From NCBI RefSeq assembly GCF_018977255.1, contig NW_024704751.1, forward strand, positions 16,306,001 through 16,370,000: a stretch of DNA of 64,000 bases. The letters run 5' to 3'. Below are positions 48,982 through 60,804 of the stretch, one piece after another. Both the position numbers and the translations under genes were made by a program. Each line of letters starts with the position of its first letter. Position 1 is the stretch's first letter. The notes below the pieces were generated by a model. It was not told the DNA's origin. It saw only the letters and a list, made by a program, of their open reading frames with translations, and did not search any database. This stretch comes from Callorhinchus milii. Its lineage: Eukaryota.

Positions 48982-49100
48982 CGGCCTCACATCCTCCATT
49001 CTCTCCGCAGGGTTTTGCACCGCAGGTTTTGGGAGTCGCTCGGACGCTCTCCCGGTAAGTCCCGGTTAAGCGCAGCCCCGATTGGGGAGCGTTTGCGGAA
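47700..49100 (+). promoter_or_regulatory. PAQR7 CpG-island promoter with probable non-coding exons
   Basis: GC box near 47713 and reverse CCAAT (GATTGG) near 47774. Donors CCG|GTGAGT after 48301 and CCG|GTAAGT after 49054. Acceptor CTCTCCGCAG ends at 49010. Confidence 0.55.
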
Positions 49101-49925
49101 AGTTTGAGGGACGAGAGAGAGAGAGTGAGAGAGAGTGAGTGAGTGCGCGAGTGAGGCTGTGGGTTTAAGTGCGAGTGTCCGCGCCTTTGTCCTCACGAGT
49201 TGCTCTGTGAAGGCGACGGCATTATTTGGCGTTGGAGACCCTGTATCTCAGATCCCGGTTGAAGAGCATTTGATTTTTTTTCTCTCTCTCTCTCTCTCTC
49301 TCTCTGTCGGTTCGCAGTGTGGCGCTGGGGATCGGGGAAGGGAGGGGTTCGGGGCGCGGTGCCGAGGAGTTAAAAGCGGTCGAGGTGTGGGAGGAGCAGA
49401 GGGAATCCCGCTGTTTGGATCCCAGGAGGAATTTGGACGCAGATCCATCAGTCCTCATCCCTACAGGACCCCCACCCTCTCCCCCTCTACCCCCTTCCCC
49501 CCACCCCCCACCCCACCCTCCAGCTTCTTTTTTTTTAAATGAGTCCAGTGACTTGGCCCCCGACGAGCATCGTCCCCCCCAACCTGTTGCAGTTCGTTAA
49601 GCGGATCAGAGGTGGTATTCGACCTTTTTTTTATGGCAGCTTTGCCTTTGCGACCGAGGCCGAGGGGAGCGAGGTCCAGCTCCCATAGCCTGAAGTGGGG
49701 AGGAAGCCTCGAGAGAGAGAGAGAGAGAGAGAGCGCCTTCCTCTGAAAGAGTCGGCGCATCGATGCAGAATAAATTGATGTTAAAGATTAACTGAGGATG
49801 TGGTGGGTCCCCGTTGGCTGCTGGAATGAGCGTCTTTTTTTCTGCTGTACCACAGCCAGTGCAGTCCCCGCAGATCGGAGACCCTGTTGCAGAGATAAGT
49901 GACACAGCCTTTAAACCATCGAGTC

Positions 49926-49960
<35 letters not shown>

Positions 49961-50079
49961 TCCCTGAGAAATGCCAATTAAAAAAGCTTTTCTTTAGCAA
50001 CAACAGCAACTTGCATTTTTTTATAGAGCAGAGGAGCGTCCCAGAGCGCTTGATCGTGTGGAAGCACAACACCAAGCCC

Positions 50080-50113
<34 letters not shown>

Positions 50114-50409
50114 TGTGTGTCACAGTCCAAGAAGGTGGGGGTAAGGCGGAGAGACAGAGGAAGAGTGTTCCAGAGTTTCAGGGTGTAAGTGGCTGAAAGC
50201 GCAGATCAGAGGACACTCGGGATAAGTAATGTGATTGTTGATCTGGTTCTGGGATCTGTGCTCAGAAGTTCGATTTTTTTTATGCAGATAAAGATTAGGT
50301 GTAAATAAGAAATATGTTGACTCTTGGAGGGGAATTCAGGACAAGAGAACATGATTTTAAAATCAGAGATAAACCGTTGAGGAGAAGGAGACAGTGATTG
50401 CAGTCAAAG

Positions 50410-50776
50410 CCCTTCCCCTCTACCTCTGCAACCTCCTAACCCCCTGCCCACCTGCCCGCACCCTCCGCTCAGCGGGCTCCAGCCTGCTTCACGTCCCCTG
50501 GCTCGCCCATCCCACCATTGGGGGTCGGGCTTTCAGCCACTCTGACCCACCCTCTGGAACGCCATCCCGCAATCCCTCCACCTCACCCTCTCCTTCAAGA
50601 CCCATCTCAAGATCCCATCCTCTTTGACCATGCCTTCGATCACCCTCCTTCCCCCCCTGCCCTCCACCCCCTACCCGATCCCAACCCCCAGTTTGGGACC
50701 GAAACACTGATTATCCAGCACTTTGGGATGTCCTTCCGATGTGAAAGGCGCTGTATAAATGTAATTTTGTTGTTGT
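50410..50776 (+). mobile_element. L2 LINE 3' fragment
   Basis: Translation LYLCNLLTP...ARTLRSAGSSLLHVP...GGRAFS, followed by the 3' hairpin and (TTG)n tail. Confidence 0.8.
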
Positions 50777-51177
50777 CACCCAAAGGGCATTTATAAAGGA
50801 ATTGGTGAGAACTGAACTCAAAGTGGGATTTTTATCCCATATCCAGAAATTAAGAACAGATTCCTACCGATGAAGTAATAGTTCATGTATTTGTTTCAAA
50901 CCTTAGGATGATTCAAATAATATGAAAGGAGGAATCTAATAAGTAATAATCATACAATGTCTTTAATTATCAAATAATATTCTGTAAAATTTACCTAAAA
51001 TTCTGTAAAAACCGACTAAACAGTGAGCACTTGGTGACTGCCGATGAAATTGCCATTACCTTTATTATTGTTATTATTATGGAACGGTAATTTACTGGTG
51101 TGGAATTTCGGAATTATACCTTGGTTAATACACTCCGGGTTCCCTCTCTGGTCCCCTAGTGTACTCCCCGCGTTGCC

Positions 51178-52236
51178 ATGGCCACGGTGGTGATGGAGCA
51201 GATCAGCCGTCTCTTCATTAACATCCAGCAGATCAGGCAGCTGCCGAGCCTCCTGGAACAGAGCGCCCCCTGCCTGCCGGCCACGGTGCGGGACCATGAG
51301 GTGCCGCGCATATTCCGGGAGCCTTACATCCACTCGGGATACCGGCCGGTGCATCACAGCTGGCGCTATTACTTCCTGACTCTGTTCCAGCGGCACAACG
51401 AGGCGGTCAATGTGTGGTCGCACCTGATCGCTGCCCTGGTGGTCCTGATCAAACTGCAGGAGTTCTCGAAAACGGTGGATTTCCTCTCAGATCGCCACGC
51501 GTGGCCCTTCCTGATCCTGATCCTGGCCTCCTTCAACTACCTGAGCTGCAGTGCCTTAGCTCACCTGCTACAAGCCCGCTCCGAGCTCGCACACTATTCT
51601 TTCTTCTTCCTGGATTACGTTGGAGTCGCGATCTATCAGTACAGCAGCGCTCTGGTCCATTATTACTACAGCATCCAGGAGGAATGGTACCATCTCGTCA
51701 GCTCTTTCTTCCTCCCAGTGGCCACGCTCCTGGCCTGGCTGTCTTGCATTGGCTGCTGCTACGCCAAGTCCAACGCTCAGGTGTTACAGCCGTGGGCTCG
51801 TAAGCTATACCAGGTGGTGCCCGCTGGCCTGGCCTACCTGCTGGACATCAGCCCTGTGCTGCACCGCATCTACAGCTGCCACTCGATCAGCTGCACCGAC
51901 CCAGCCGTGCCTTACCACCGTTGCCAGGTCCTCTGCTTCCTGGTCTGCGCTCATTTCTTCTCCTGCCCGCACCCGGAAAAATGGCTGCCGGGAAAGTGTG
52001 ACATCTTCCTGCAGGGACATCAGATCTTTCATCTGTTCATGGTTTTCTGCACGCTGGCCCAACTGGAGGCCGTGCATCTGGACTACAAGCGGCGAAGACA
52101 CCTGTACCAGGCATGGCACCAGCACTCCACTTCTGCTGTGTTCATCGGCTGCACCTTCATCATCCTCTCCAGCATCTCCACGGCCATTTACATGCGGTAC
52201 AGAGTCAAACGCAAACTCAGCCACAAGGAGAAGTGA
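51178..52236 (+). CDS. PAQR7: Membrane progestin receptor alpha (PAQR family), 352 aa, single coding exon
   Basis: Starts MATVVMEQISRLFIN in Kozak context GCCATGG, with an acceptor CCCTAG ending at 51159. PAQR motifs EPYIHSGYRP, HNEAVNVWSH, SALAHL, FFFLDYVG, PEKWLPGKCD and GHQIFH are present, with about 7 hydrophobic segments. Adjacent to STMN1 as in human. Confidence 0.93.
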   Translation: MATVVMEQISRLFINIQQIRQLPSLLEQSAPCLPATVRDHEVPRIFREPYIHSGYRPVHHSWRYYFLTLFQRHNEAVNVWSHLIAALVVLIKLQEFSKTVDFLSDRHAWPFLILILASFNYLSCSALAHLLQARSELAHYSFFFLDYVGVAIYQYSSALVHYYYSIQEEWYHLVSSFFLPVATLLAWLSCIGCCYAKSNAQVLQPWARKLYQVVPAGLAYLLDISPVLHRIYSCHSISCTDPAVPYHRCQVLCFLVCAHFFSCPHPEKWLPGKCDIFLQGHQIFHLFMVFCTLAQLEAVHLDYKRRRHLYQAWHQHSTSAVFIGCTFIILSSISTAIYMRYRVKRKLSHKEK

Positions 52237-52529
52237 GGAGGAATCCCCTTCTGGTGGTGGGGGGGGGGTTCCACTGGAGAGACCTAGAGGCTAAACATGA
52301 CTTCTATATTTCTAGTGGGTCTGTTTGAAAAATGGAAATTGTCCCTTGTGTGCTAAAGTAACCGGCAAAGTGAATGTTTAACTCCTGAAGTCTTCACATC
52401 TCTGCCAAGAGGCATCAGTGTCTCTTCGCAGAGACGTGGGTTTGGTCAGCAATCCAAGTACAGATACAACAACAACAACTTACCTTTATATAGTGTTCCT
52501 CAAGCAGGGTAGTGTCCCAGATGCTTGGA

Positions 52530-55500
52530 GGGAGTTCCAGGTACCTAACATCCACCTTGTGAGGGCTCCAATTCGGACCTGTTGGCTATCGAACCAACTG
52601 GTGACCATCCTCGTGGGGGTGGGTTAAGCGGAATCTTCTTGGAGCTGAACTGGCTCTGACATGTTTGACAACGGAATGCCTGAATCGAGCCAGCCCTCTG
52701 GCGGTCTCGGTAGTCTGGTTGATGAGCCTGGCAGGTCCGTAATATTCCAGGGCACTGCTGACCACAGCACAGCCAGCCTGGCTCATCAGCAGGACTCAGA
52801 AAGGCGGACCAGTCACTGGGGGCAGCAAATTCTCCCACTCAGCTCCTGTTAACCCTGCAAGTCAAAGACCTAACGGTTATGGTGGTCCTAGCTGTGCAAC
52901 TGGAAAGCTTTCTCTCAATGTCAAACTATGTGGTTTTAACTGTTTAGACTCCAGCAGTTACCTCTGGGATCCCCAAGCCTTGGCTTTTGCCAACCAGCGC
53001 CTAATACTTTCTGGAATTATGTAAGCAGGATGTAACCCTCCAGGGAAAGAGTGCACATTCCATTTCAACAATCTATCTGGATTTTCCATGTTTAGGTGGG
53101 CTGCATGGAATTCTCAGTTTGGTTTGGATATTCTTGAACATGATGATGGGTTTCTGCATGTGTCAGACTCCCGGCTGACCAAAACAAATACTGCGAATAC
53201 TGAGCGTCTATTGGTGTTCGGGTCCCAATCCGTTGAACGCTAAAAGGCACTCAGTCTGCCACTCCGCATCCCATCCACTCCATTTGGCCCACATTAAATA
53301 AGAATCCTCGCATTTGATACATCTCAGGTGGATGACTCAAAGCGCTTCACAGGACTTTATTGTAAAGTGTAGTGACTGTATTTTGTAGGTGAACACGGCT
53401 GCCAATTTGCAGGCAGTAATGTGCCACAAACAGCCATGAAGTGTATGACCAATTTTATCTGGGGGATTGTTGGCCAGGACACAGTGAGAAACTCCCAACT
53501 CTTTTCAAATATTGCCATAGGATACTTTACGTCCATCTTAACGTGCAAATGGTACCTCAGTTTAACATATTATTGGAACCTCCAACAATCCAACTTCCTC
53601 TCCCCCAAGCACTGTATTGGATTGTCAGCCCAGACTAACTTCAAAGTGAATATGGGGCTTGAATCCACAACCTTCGGACTCACAGCCAAGAGGTTTACCA
53701 ACTAATCTAGGCTAACACTTTTTTTACACTAATTTTGCCTTGTGTAATCTTAAAGACTGATGTTGCAGGGTTGGTTGAGGGTCCCAGCACTGAATGTTGA
53801 CAAACACTAGCACTGTGGGGGAGAAGGTGAGGCGGGATGGAAAACATTCCATTGGGACCAACTTGCAAACAGCAACTTCAGAGACAAGAGTGTCTCTTTA
53901 AACAATACATTCCACACCCACATTGTGCCTTGGGATGGACAGATACTGGTTGTGAACTAGGGCTAAGCAATCGTGTTGTGTACGAAGAGCACCAGGCTAT
54001 CTGTCTCCCAATAGTTGTTAAGCAGATTCCCAGTCACAGCCTTTATCTAGTGATTGGATCACTGCCGATTGTCCACTTGAGACCATGATGATGCCATTGC
54101 TTCCTGCTGTTCAGGTGCAAAAAGAGAAACCCTTTTTTTAATATTTTAATTTTTTCTACTCATTTCATTAGATCTTTGGCTCCTGCAGCCAACAAACAGC
54201 CTGTCTTTTGGAGCAGATACCCCTGAGTATCACAAGTTGGTACATTGCAGAAAATCAGTAGCATTAACCAGTAGCCTAATGATGGAGGAGCTTGGAGTTT
54301 ATTGCAAACTCTGGCATTCTCTGTTGTTTATAAATGCTTTCACTGTTTCTCTGACTGTGTTAAGTGTCTGTGCTGCGTGTCTTCTGTCTTAATAGTGCTC
54401 GGCTGAGCCATTCCCAAAACAAAGTGCTTCTATAATGATTCCTGTGCAAAGTGGCTTTCACCAAATTTCAATGTAATCCATTAAAAATTTCCCTTCAGTT
54501 TTTACTAAAGTCATGTCATGTTTCAATGACTTGTCCTGATGTTGGATGCTGCAGACATAGACATCCCGGATTGTGTCCCGCAAAAGAGAGAAGGACGGAG
54601 TGTGGAAGTTTTGACCTACCCCGGGGGAGATCCTGACACTTAAGACAGCAGATTAGCCTAGCGTGCCCATCAGCCATGGCCTTCCCAGTGGCGAGGCTGC
54701 AGAGAAGCAGTTGATCATCTCAGGCTATTTGAGGGCCATGTGATGTGTTCCTATCACTGTGTTTCTTGGCTTGAGCTCCTGGTCAACATACTATTTTTTT
54801 GATTGATCCAGATAGAACTAGAAGCAATTTCAGCTGAAATTGAAATTTCACTCAATGCTGCTTGTCATTTGCAATACAAATTAATTCAGAATAAAGCTCT
54901 GTCTCTTTTTAACATTCACAACTCAGGGAGCAGGGGAGAAAGAGCTTTGACTTGTTGCTTCCACAGCCTCACTCGTGATTCAGCCCAGACCCAACTGGGG
55001 CTACAGGTATATCACACAAGATCAGTTTGGATGAAGGTCCTTCGACCCATTTGATCTCATCCATCTGTATTTTTTTTAAGTTAGTCCGGTGCCCTGACTT
55101 CAATTACTGTGAACTGGTGACTGGTAAGAAATACCTCCTGGTATCAGCCCTGAAATTGCCCTTTGCATCTCTGAACCTATGTCCTCTTGTTCTCCTGTCT
55201 TGGTGCATCTGACAATATAGTTCCTACCCCACTCCTTCGCTTGACAGACTCAGGCTTGTGACATGTCCCTCCGCCTATGTACTGCATCAGCCTTTAGATC
55301 TTATGCTCCTAACCTCTAGAACTTCTTCCCTCTTTAGTGATCTGCTATTTCTCTCCATTTTCCTCCTCAGCCTTCTCCTCGAGTCTTACAAGAGGAAGGT
55401 TTCAAATCCTAGAATTTTAGTGAAGACCAACGTTGTAAGATAACATCCCTGTTACAATCTGTATTTCCCGCCTATTTCCCCCGCCCTGTCTTCCAGACTT

Positions 55501-56960
55501 GTAAGTGACTGGGAGAGACCCATGGGGGAGGTTAACTGTCTGGACTTAGAAGCACCTGATGTGTGAATAAACATTTGTCACAAAGACTCATTGACAAGTC
55601 ACAAAACAACACTTCCAGGTAAATACTTCCACAATAATCCATAACAGAATCTATACTGTCACCTAGAGGCCAAGGCCTCTCACAACCTCAAAATACAGAA
55701 TTACTTTCCATTTCCAAGTCCCAGTCCAATTAATCCTCAGTTCCTGAGTTTCAGAATGAATCAAAATTGTGTTCTTTCAGTTCTGAACAATGGTCGAACC
55801 TGAAAAATTATTTTCTTCTCCAATTTACTTCGCTTTTTGCAAAGGTGCCAATTTGATGTCAATCCAATTCCATGAATCTGCCTGGAGTGCAGCGCAATGT
55901 AGTAATCGTCTTTAGTCTGTATCTAAGCTACACAATATCTGATTTGGTAAAGCTGGAAGCTGCTGCTCAGTGTCAATGATATTTCACTAAACTCAGTGTA
56001 GGGTTCTAGCCTAGACTGATCTGTTGCTGGGCACCCTGGCAGAATTAGCCTCATAGTGGGCATGTCTATTTGCCAAAGCCCTTCACGTGAGGACCTACAT
56101 TTAGCAGCTGATGCTGAGTAAGCCTGGTGCACAGCATTGGATTTGGACTTCTCAAGATCACAAGTTGTCTGGTAAATCTCTTGCCACGTTGAAGCCAGAT
56201 GTCTGTCAGATAGCTGATGAGGAAATGCTGAGGCTGGAAGATGCTGGTTATCCGGAGTCCCAGTTTATGAACACGTGTTCGTATGTCCAGCACCTGGAAT
56301 CCACCTTGAGTAGTTTACAGAGAGGTAAGCAGCTGCTACTCAACACCGTACGTCCAACCGGTGGAACCATTGCTCAATGGGAAGGGATGTGTAGCCGAGC
56401 TGCGGGCAGCTCGATGGTGGTAATGACATCAAATGACATTTGAATGTCAGAATCGAGCCTTTCGTCTGTGGCATTCTTGGTAGTCTGGTTCCTGAGCCAA
56501 GCAGATCCGCAGTACTCCAGGGCACTGCTGATGACAGCTCAGTCCAGCCTAACTCATCGGCAGGGCTGGAAGACAGACCAGGCATCTGAGGGGCAGTGAC
56601 TCTTCTCACTCACTTCCTGTTAATCATATAAGACAAATCCCTAAGGGGTAGGGTGATCCAAGACATACAGTGCTCTCAATGGCAAGCTATGTGGTTTTAG
56701 CTGGTTAGACTCCAGCAATATTGCAACACAAACCCTGGGGTCCCCAAACCTTGACTCTTGTGAAACTGCACCTAATAGTCTCTGGAATTAGGTAATCAGG
56801 ATGCATCCCTCCAGGGAGAATGCGCATTTCCAAATTAATAAACATCTTGTGAATTTCCATGTGTGGGTGGGATCCATGGAACTCTCAGTTTGGTTTGGAT
56901 ACTCTTTAAGTATGGTGATGAGTTTCCGCATATGTCAAAACACCCGGCTGACCAAAAAAA
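52530..56960 (+). repeat. Diverged ~650 bp direct repeat pair (52530-53190 and 56280-56960)
   Basis: Shared blocks GAATCGAGCC, GGTAGTCTGGTT, TCCAGGGCACTGCTGA, CTATGTGGTTTTA.CTG.TTAGACTCCAGCA, CTCAGTTTGGTTTGGATA and CCCGGCTGACCAAAA. Confidence 0.8.
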
Positions 56961-57384
56961 ACAATCCCCGCACTCCTTCACTTCAATGAGCCATAAATGT
57001 ACAATTGAGCAACACTAAAATGTTTAGCTGATGAAATTTGTTCTCTTCACAAAGAATCTGAAGCTTGCCAAATAATTTGACCCTTGAAGCCCTGGGGATC
57101 AATTATCAAGATCTGGCTGTTCAGCCACACCAGGTAGCCTACAGTGACAGGAACACAAGAAAAGCGTCTGGAAGATAATCTGGTCACAGACTGGGCAGGT
57201 AAGGAAGCTTTTAAAGTTTTAAAACTTTGTGCAACCACAAATGTCACTGAATGCTCGTCAGGTCTGTGAGGAAGGTAGCTCAGAGCTGAAAGAAGGAAGT
57301 GGAGATCCATTGCTGACAAACGAACTTCTCCTGTCATTGTTTACTTAAGGTGCAGTTGCTGGCAACTGCCACACTTCCTCAAAG

Positions 57385-57456
57385 CTATTCCTATAAACCT
57401 GGCTCATTCTTCACGAGCTCTTCAGTGTGGGTTGAGGTTGCAGACAGACTCCAGAG
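57385..57456 (+). promoter_or_regulatory. TATA promoter and putative non-coding exon 1 of the adaptor gene
   Basis: CTATAAA near 57391 and ETS-like AGGAAGT/ACTTCCT at ~57294 and ~57373. Strong donor GAG|GTGAGT after 57456. Confidence 0.5.
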
Positions 57457-58590
57457 GTGAGTACACAGCTATTAAACAGCGCTAACAACCGGGAGCCGGG
57501 TTAGTGGGGTCGCTGTACGTGACTCTGATCATTGACCCCTTGCTCGGAAATTTGTCTAATTATGAGTGTGATCCCATTTCTGTGGAAGAAAGTACTCTCA
57601 GCTTTAGCTGTGAATCACAACAGGAGGCAGTGGGCACGCATTTTCAACCACTCAGTCAGAGACGTGAAGGACCTTTACTCTTTCATTATCACAGGTTACA
57701 TTTGTCTGCGTGTGATTTGTGCTGTTTGATCTGTGATTTCTGTGGGGTTCCCTTCCGCCACACCTGTTCTGAAGGAATTTCCTGTCAGGAGGAATCGGTA
57801 ACAAAGTACAAAATTATTTGCTCACTGAATTTCAGTAAATTACAGAGTTACTGGGTGCTCACTCTTTTCTACTCTCATCCCACTTCCCTTGCTCTCTCCA
57901 TCCGACATTGTGAGTGATTTTTCTCACCCTTCATAATTGGACTGTGATTACACTCTGACCTCCCGAACAGGGTGTGACCCCTCCTGTGCACAGTGAGTGA
58001 CGTGTTGTCAGAGGTGAGTCCAGGCTTCTCATATTACCTTTATAAATCAGATATTACAGTGAGAGATTCCCCAAAGTACAGCACCAAGAGCTGAACTAAA
58101 TCCGCTTTGCAAACATCTCACAGTCCAGGCTGACGCTGCAGTTAAAGGCTCGAGGAGAGCTGTGTTGTCAGAGGAACCATTAGGTGGATGTTAAAGAGCC
58201 TACAACGTTCTTGGTAAAGACGAAGTTTTAACCATCATTATGGCGAACAATTCTCCAGATAAATTGGTCACTTGCTTATGGTTGTGTGTTCCTGGGTGCA
58301 GTTTGGCTGCTGCATTTGCTCACTTGTAAACAGTCACTACACTAACAGCAATACCTGTGAAGAGCTTCGAGAGATTTACCATAAAAATGCAAGATTTGCT
58401 CACAAAATAAACAGTCAATTCACTTTACAGTATATTCTGTGAAGCGCTTTAGATGTTGCGAAGATGTGATAAGGTGCTATGTCAAATGCAAGGATTATTA
58501 TTATTATTAACATAATCTTTATTCATCAGACTAATTCTGTATTCTGTTTTCCAGGTTTCCACCTGCTTTGTCACTCCCAATCCTGGCTTC

Positions 58591-60804
58591 ATGGCTCCGG
58601 TTGAGAGTGGTGTGGGGAATGTTCCTGATCTGTCACAACTTCCTCAGCTCTGGCTAGCAATCTCCATCTTGTTGCTTCTCATCCTGCTCACAGTTGGCTG
58701 CAATTTCTGCAAGAGGTAAATCCCAGGATCTCTGTGCAATGCCGTGATGACTAGTCCTGGTCTGGAGGTTTAGCTGCCAATAATTTGCTAATAACACAGA
58801 TCACATTTGGAAAATTAGATCCATAATTGGAATATTTCCCACCTCTTTCAGATTGTTTCGGAACTGGTTTCACAGTAACGTTGCCTCTGCTAAGCTCCAG
58901 TGCTGTAACTAACATATTGACTTAATATTGTCGTCAATTGGTTCACTTTGTTACAACAACTTGCGTTTACACAGGGTGCATCTCGGAGTGCTTAACAGTG
59001 GCAGAACCTGATGCTGAGCTGGGAGGGAGGGAAGAGGTGATTTATTGTAAGCACGGTCGAAGAGCAAAGACTTCAGGCATGATCTGAAAAAGGGGAAGGA
59101 GCGGACAGGTAGAGGGATTGAGGGACAGTTCAAAGCTTCGGGCGGTGAAAGCATAGCCGCAGATTGTGGAGGGGACAAGGGACAAGCAGGAGGCCGAAGC
59201 CAGCCAAGCGGAGGCAGCAGATGGAGTGGGGAGTAAGCATATCAGAGAGGTAGAAAGGTGCCAGGGCTTGAAAGGATTTGTAGGTGAGTGTGAGGATCTT
59301 GAAGTCGATCCATTTGATGATGGAGAGCCAGTGCAGCCACTACCACAGGTGACCGGGCGAAGGTGGGAGGTAATAACGTTTGTGGGGATGAAGTGAAGTC
59401 AATTGGTTCAGTAGAACTCAAACCAGGTGAGTTCGGTCCCACTGAGGTGGATGAGGGAGGAGAAGCGGAGGAGAATGGCGTGATCGAGTTTGACAAAAGC
59501 AATGACGAGGTCCAGGAGACAGAGGGAGCCCTGGTCTCAGAGAGGATGTAATTTGTGACTTTGAAGAGTGCTGTCTCTGTGCTCATCAGATTTACTGGAA
59601 GACAAGGAAGAGGAGCGAAGAGACCTGTGCTTGTGTCTGTGGTGAGTGACGCACTGATGGCTGAATTAAGTCATTCAGTCCTTTGATTTTTTTGGTCCAG
59701 CACCATAATAATCTAATAATCCCTCCAAAAAAACAAAACAATAATAAATTGTCATTTTCAATCTACGACTGTTTGTGGGACATTGCTGTGCGCAATTGGC
59801 TGTCGCGTTCGCCCACAAATATACAGTCAATTCACTTTACAGTGTGTTCTGTGAAGCGCTTTGGGACGTCCTCCCGACGTGAAAAGCGCTATATCAAATG
59901 CAAGGATTATTATTATTATTATTATTATTATGCTTAAGAGTCTCCAAACCAAATTGCTGTGAGTTCCACAGTAGTTTAAGTTTGTCTTAGTGTGCACTCT
60001 GTCCATGGAGGGACCCTTCCCTACCTCATCCCAGAGAGTTTGGCATTGGAAAAAGCCAAGCCCTGGGGACCCCAGAGTGAGTATTGGTGTAAGTAACTAC
60101 TGGAATCCAACTAGCTAAACACTGGCAAGCTTGTCGCAAGTTTAACCCAGTGTCCTAATACCTCTCACTTACTGGTTAACAAATATTCAGAAACAGATAA
60201 CGATTTTAGCTGAGTTTGTTGCAGGTGGGATGCTTACCCTGTAACTGGTCCATTAATCCCGTGACACGGTAACTGATTATTAGAAGTCAAAACGCAAAGA
60301 AACTGACAAATTCTTCATTCTCTTTAGAGGCAGAGGTTTCCCACTCAGCTCACAGATGCAAGTCCCAATGGAGAGTTTCCACATTTACCGGGTAATGCGC
60401 ACGGGGCAGGGCGCACGGGGCAGGGCGCACGGGGCAGGGTGCACGGGGTAATATTGTAATGTTCCTTGTTTTCCGCTCACATAGGGGACAAGGCGCTGGA
60501 AGTTGACGATGACCTGTATGAAGTCATCAGCGAAGTTAACATGAACGAGTCGGAGCCGCAGAAGTTGCAGCCGTGTCCCAGCCCGGGCAAGGCCAGCTCG
60601 GCACAAACCTGGGCAGTTGCGAGTGGGGAGGGAAGCGGCAGCAGAGAATCGGTGAAACCGGCCGAGCCCGGGGCAAACATGGCAATTTATGCAAAAGTGG
60701 TGAAGCAGAAAGAGAAAGGGGATCAGATAGAACCTCAGGACGCAGCTCAGTGGGAGGAGGAGGAAGCGGAGCCTCCGCCGGTGCCTGAGAAGCATTTAGA
60801 ATAG
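58591..60804 (+). CDS. Palmitoylated type III transmembrane adaptor, PAG1/LIME1-like (186 aa, 4 coding exons)
   Basis: Exons 58591-58715, 59590-59641, 60328-60391 and 60485-60804. Introns are GT-AG with phases 2, 0 and 1, joining into a 561-nt open frame: MAPVESGVGNVPDLSQLPQLWLAISILLLLILLTVGCNFCKRFTGRQGRGAKRPVLVSVRQRFPTQLTDASPNGEFPHLPGDKALEVDDDLYEVISEV...MAIYAKVVKQKEK...EEEEAEPPPVPEKHLE. AATAAA at 62077. Confidence 0.8.
58955..59585 (-). mobile_element. L2 LINE fragment in an intron of the adaptor gene
   Basis: Minus-strand translation STETALFKVTN (HSTETAL motif of the RT domain) and ALHHQMDRLQD, with an ACAACAAC tail near 58953. Confidence 0.7.
59705..59930 (+). mobile_element. 5'-truncated SINE of the same family
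   Basis: Body nearly identical to the 9945-10273 copy, with a long (ATT)n tail. Confidence 0.85.
60397..60448 (+). repeat. 14-bp tandem repeat GCGCACGGGGCAGG (~3.7 copies) in a 93-nt intron
   Basis: Directly visible in the sequence. Confidence 0.85.

Noticed and set aside
56111-56443. 110-aa ORF as a possible AUNIP or other gene
   Set aside because: It has no recognisable motifs or supported splice structure, and it partly overlaps the non-coding duplicate.
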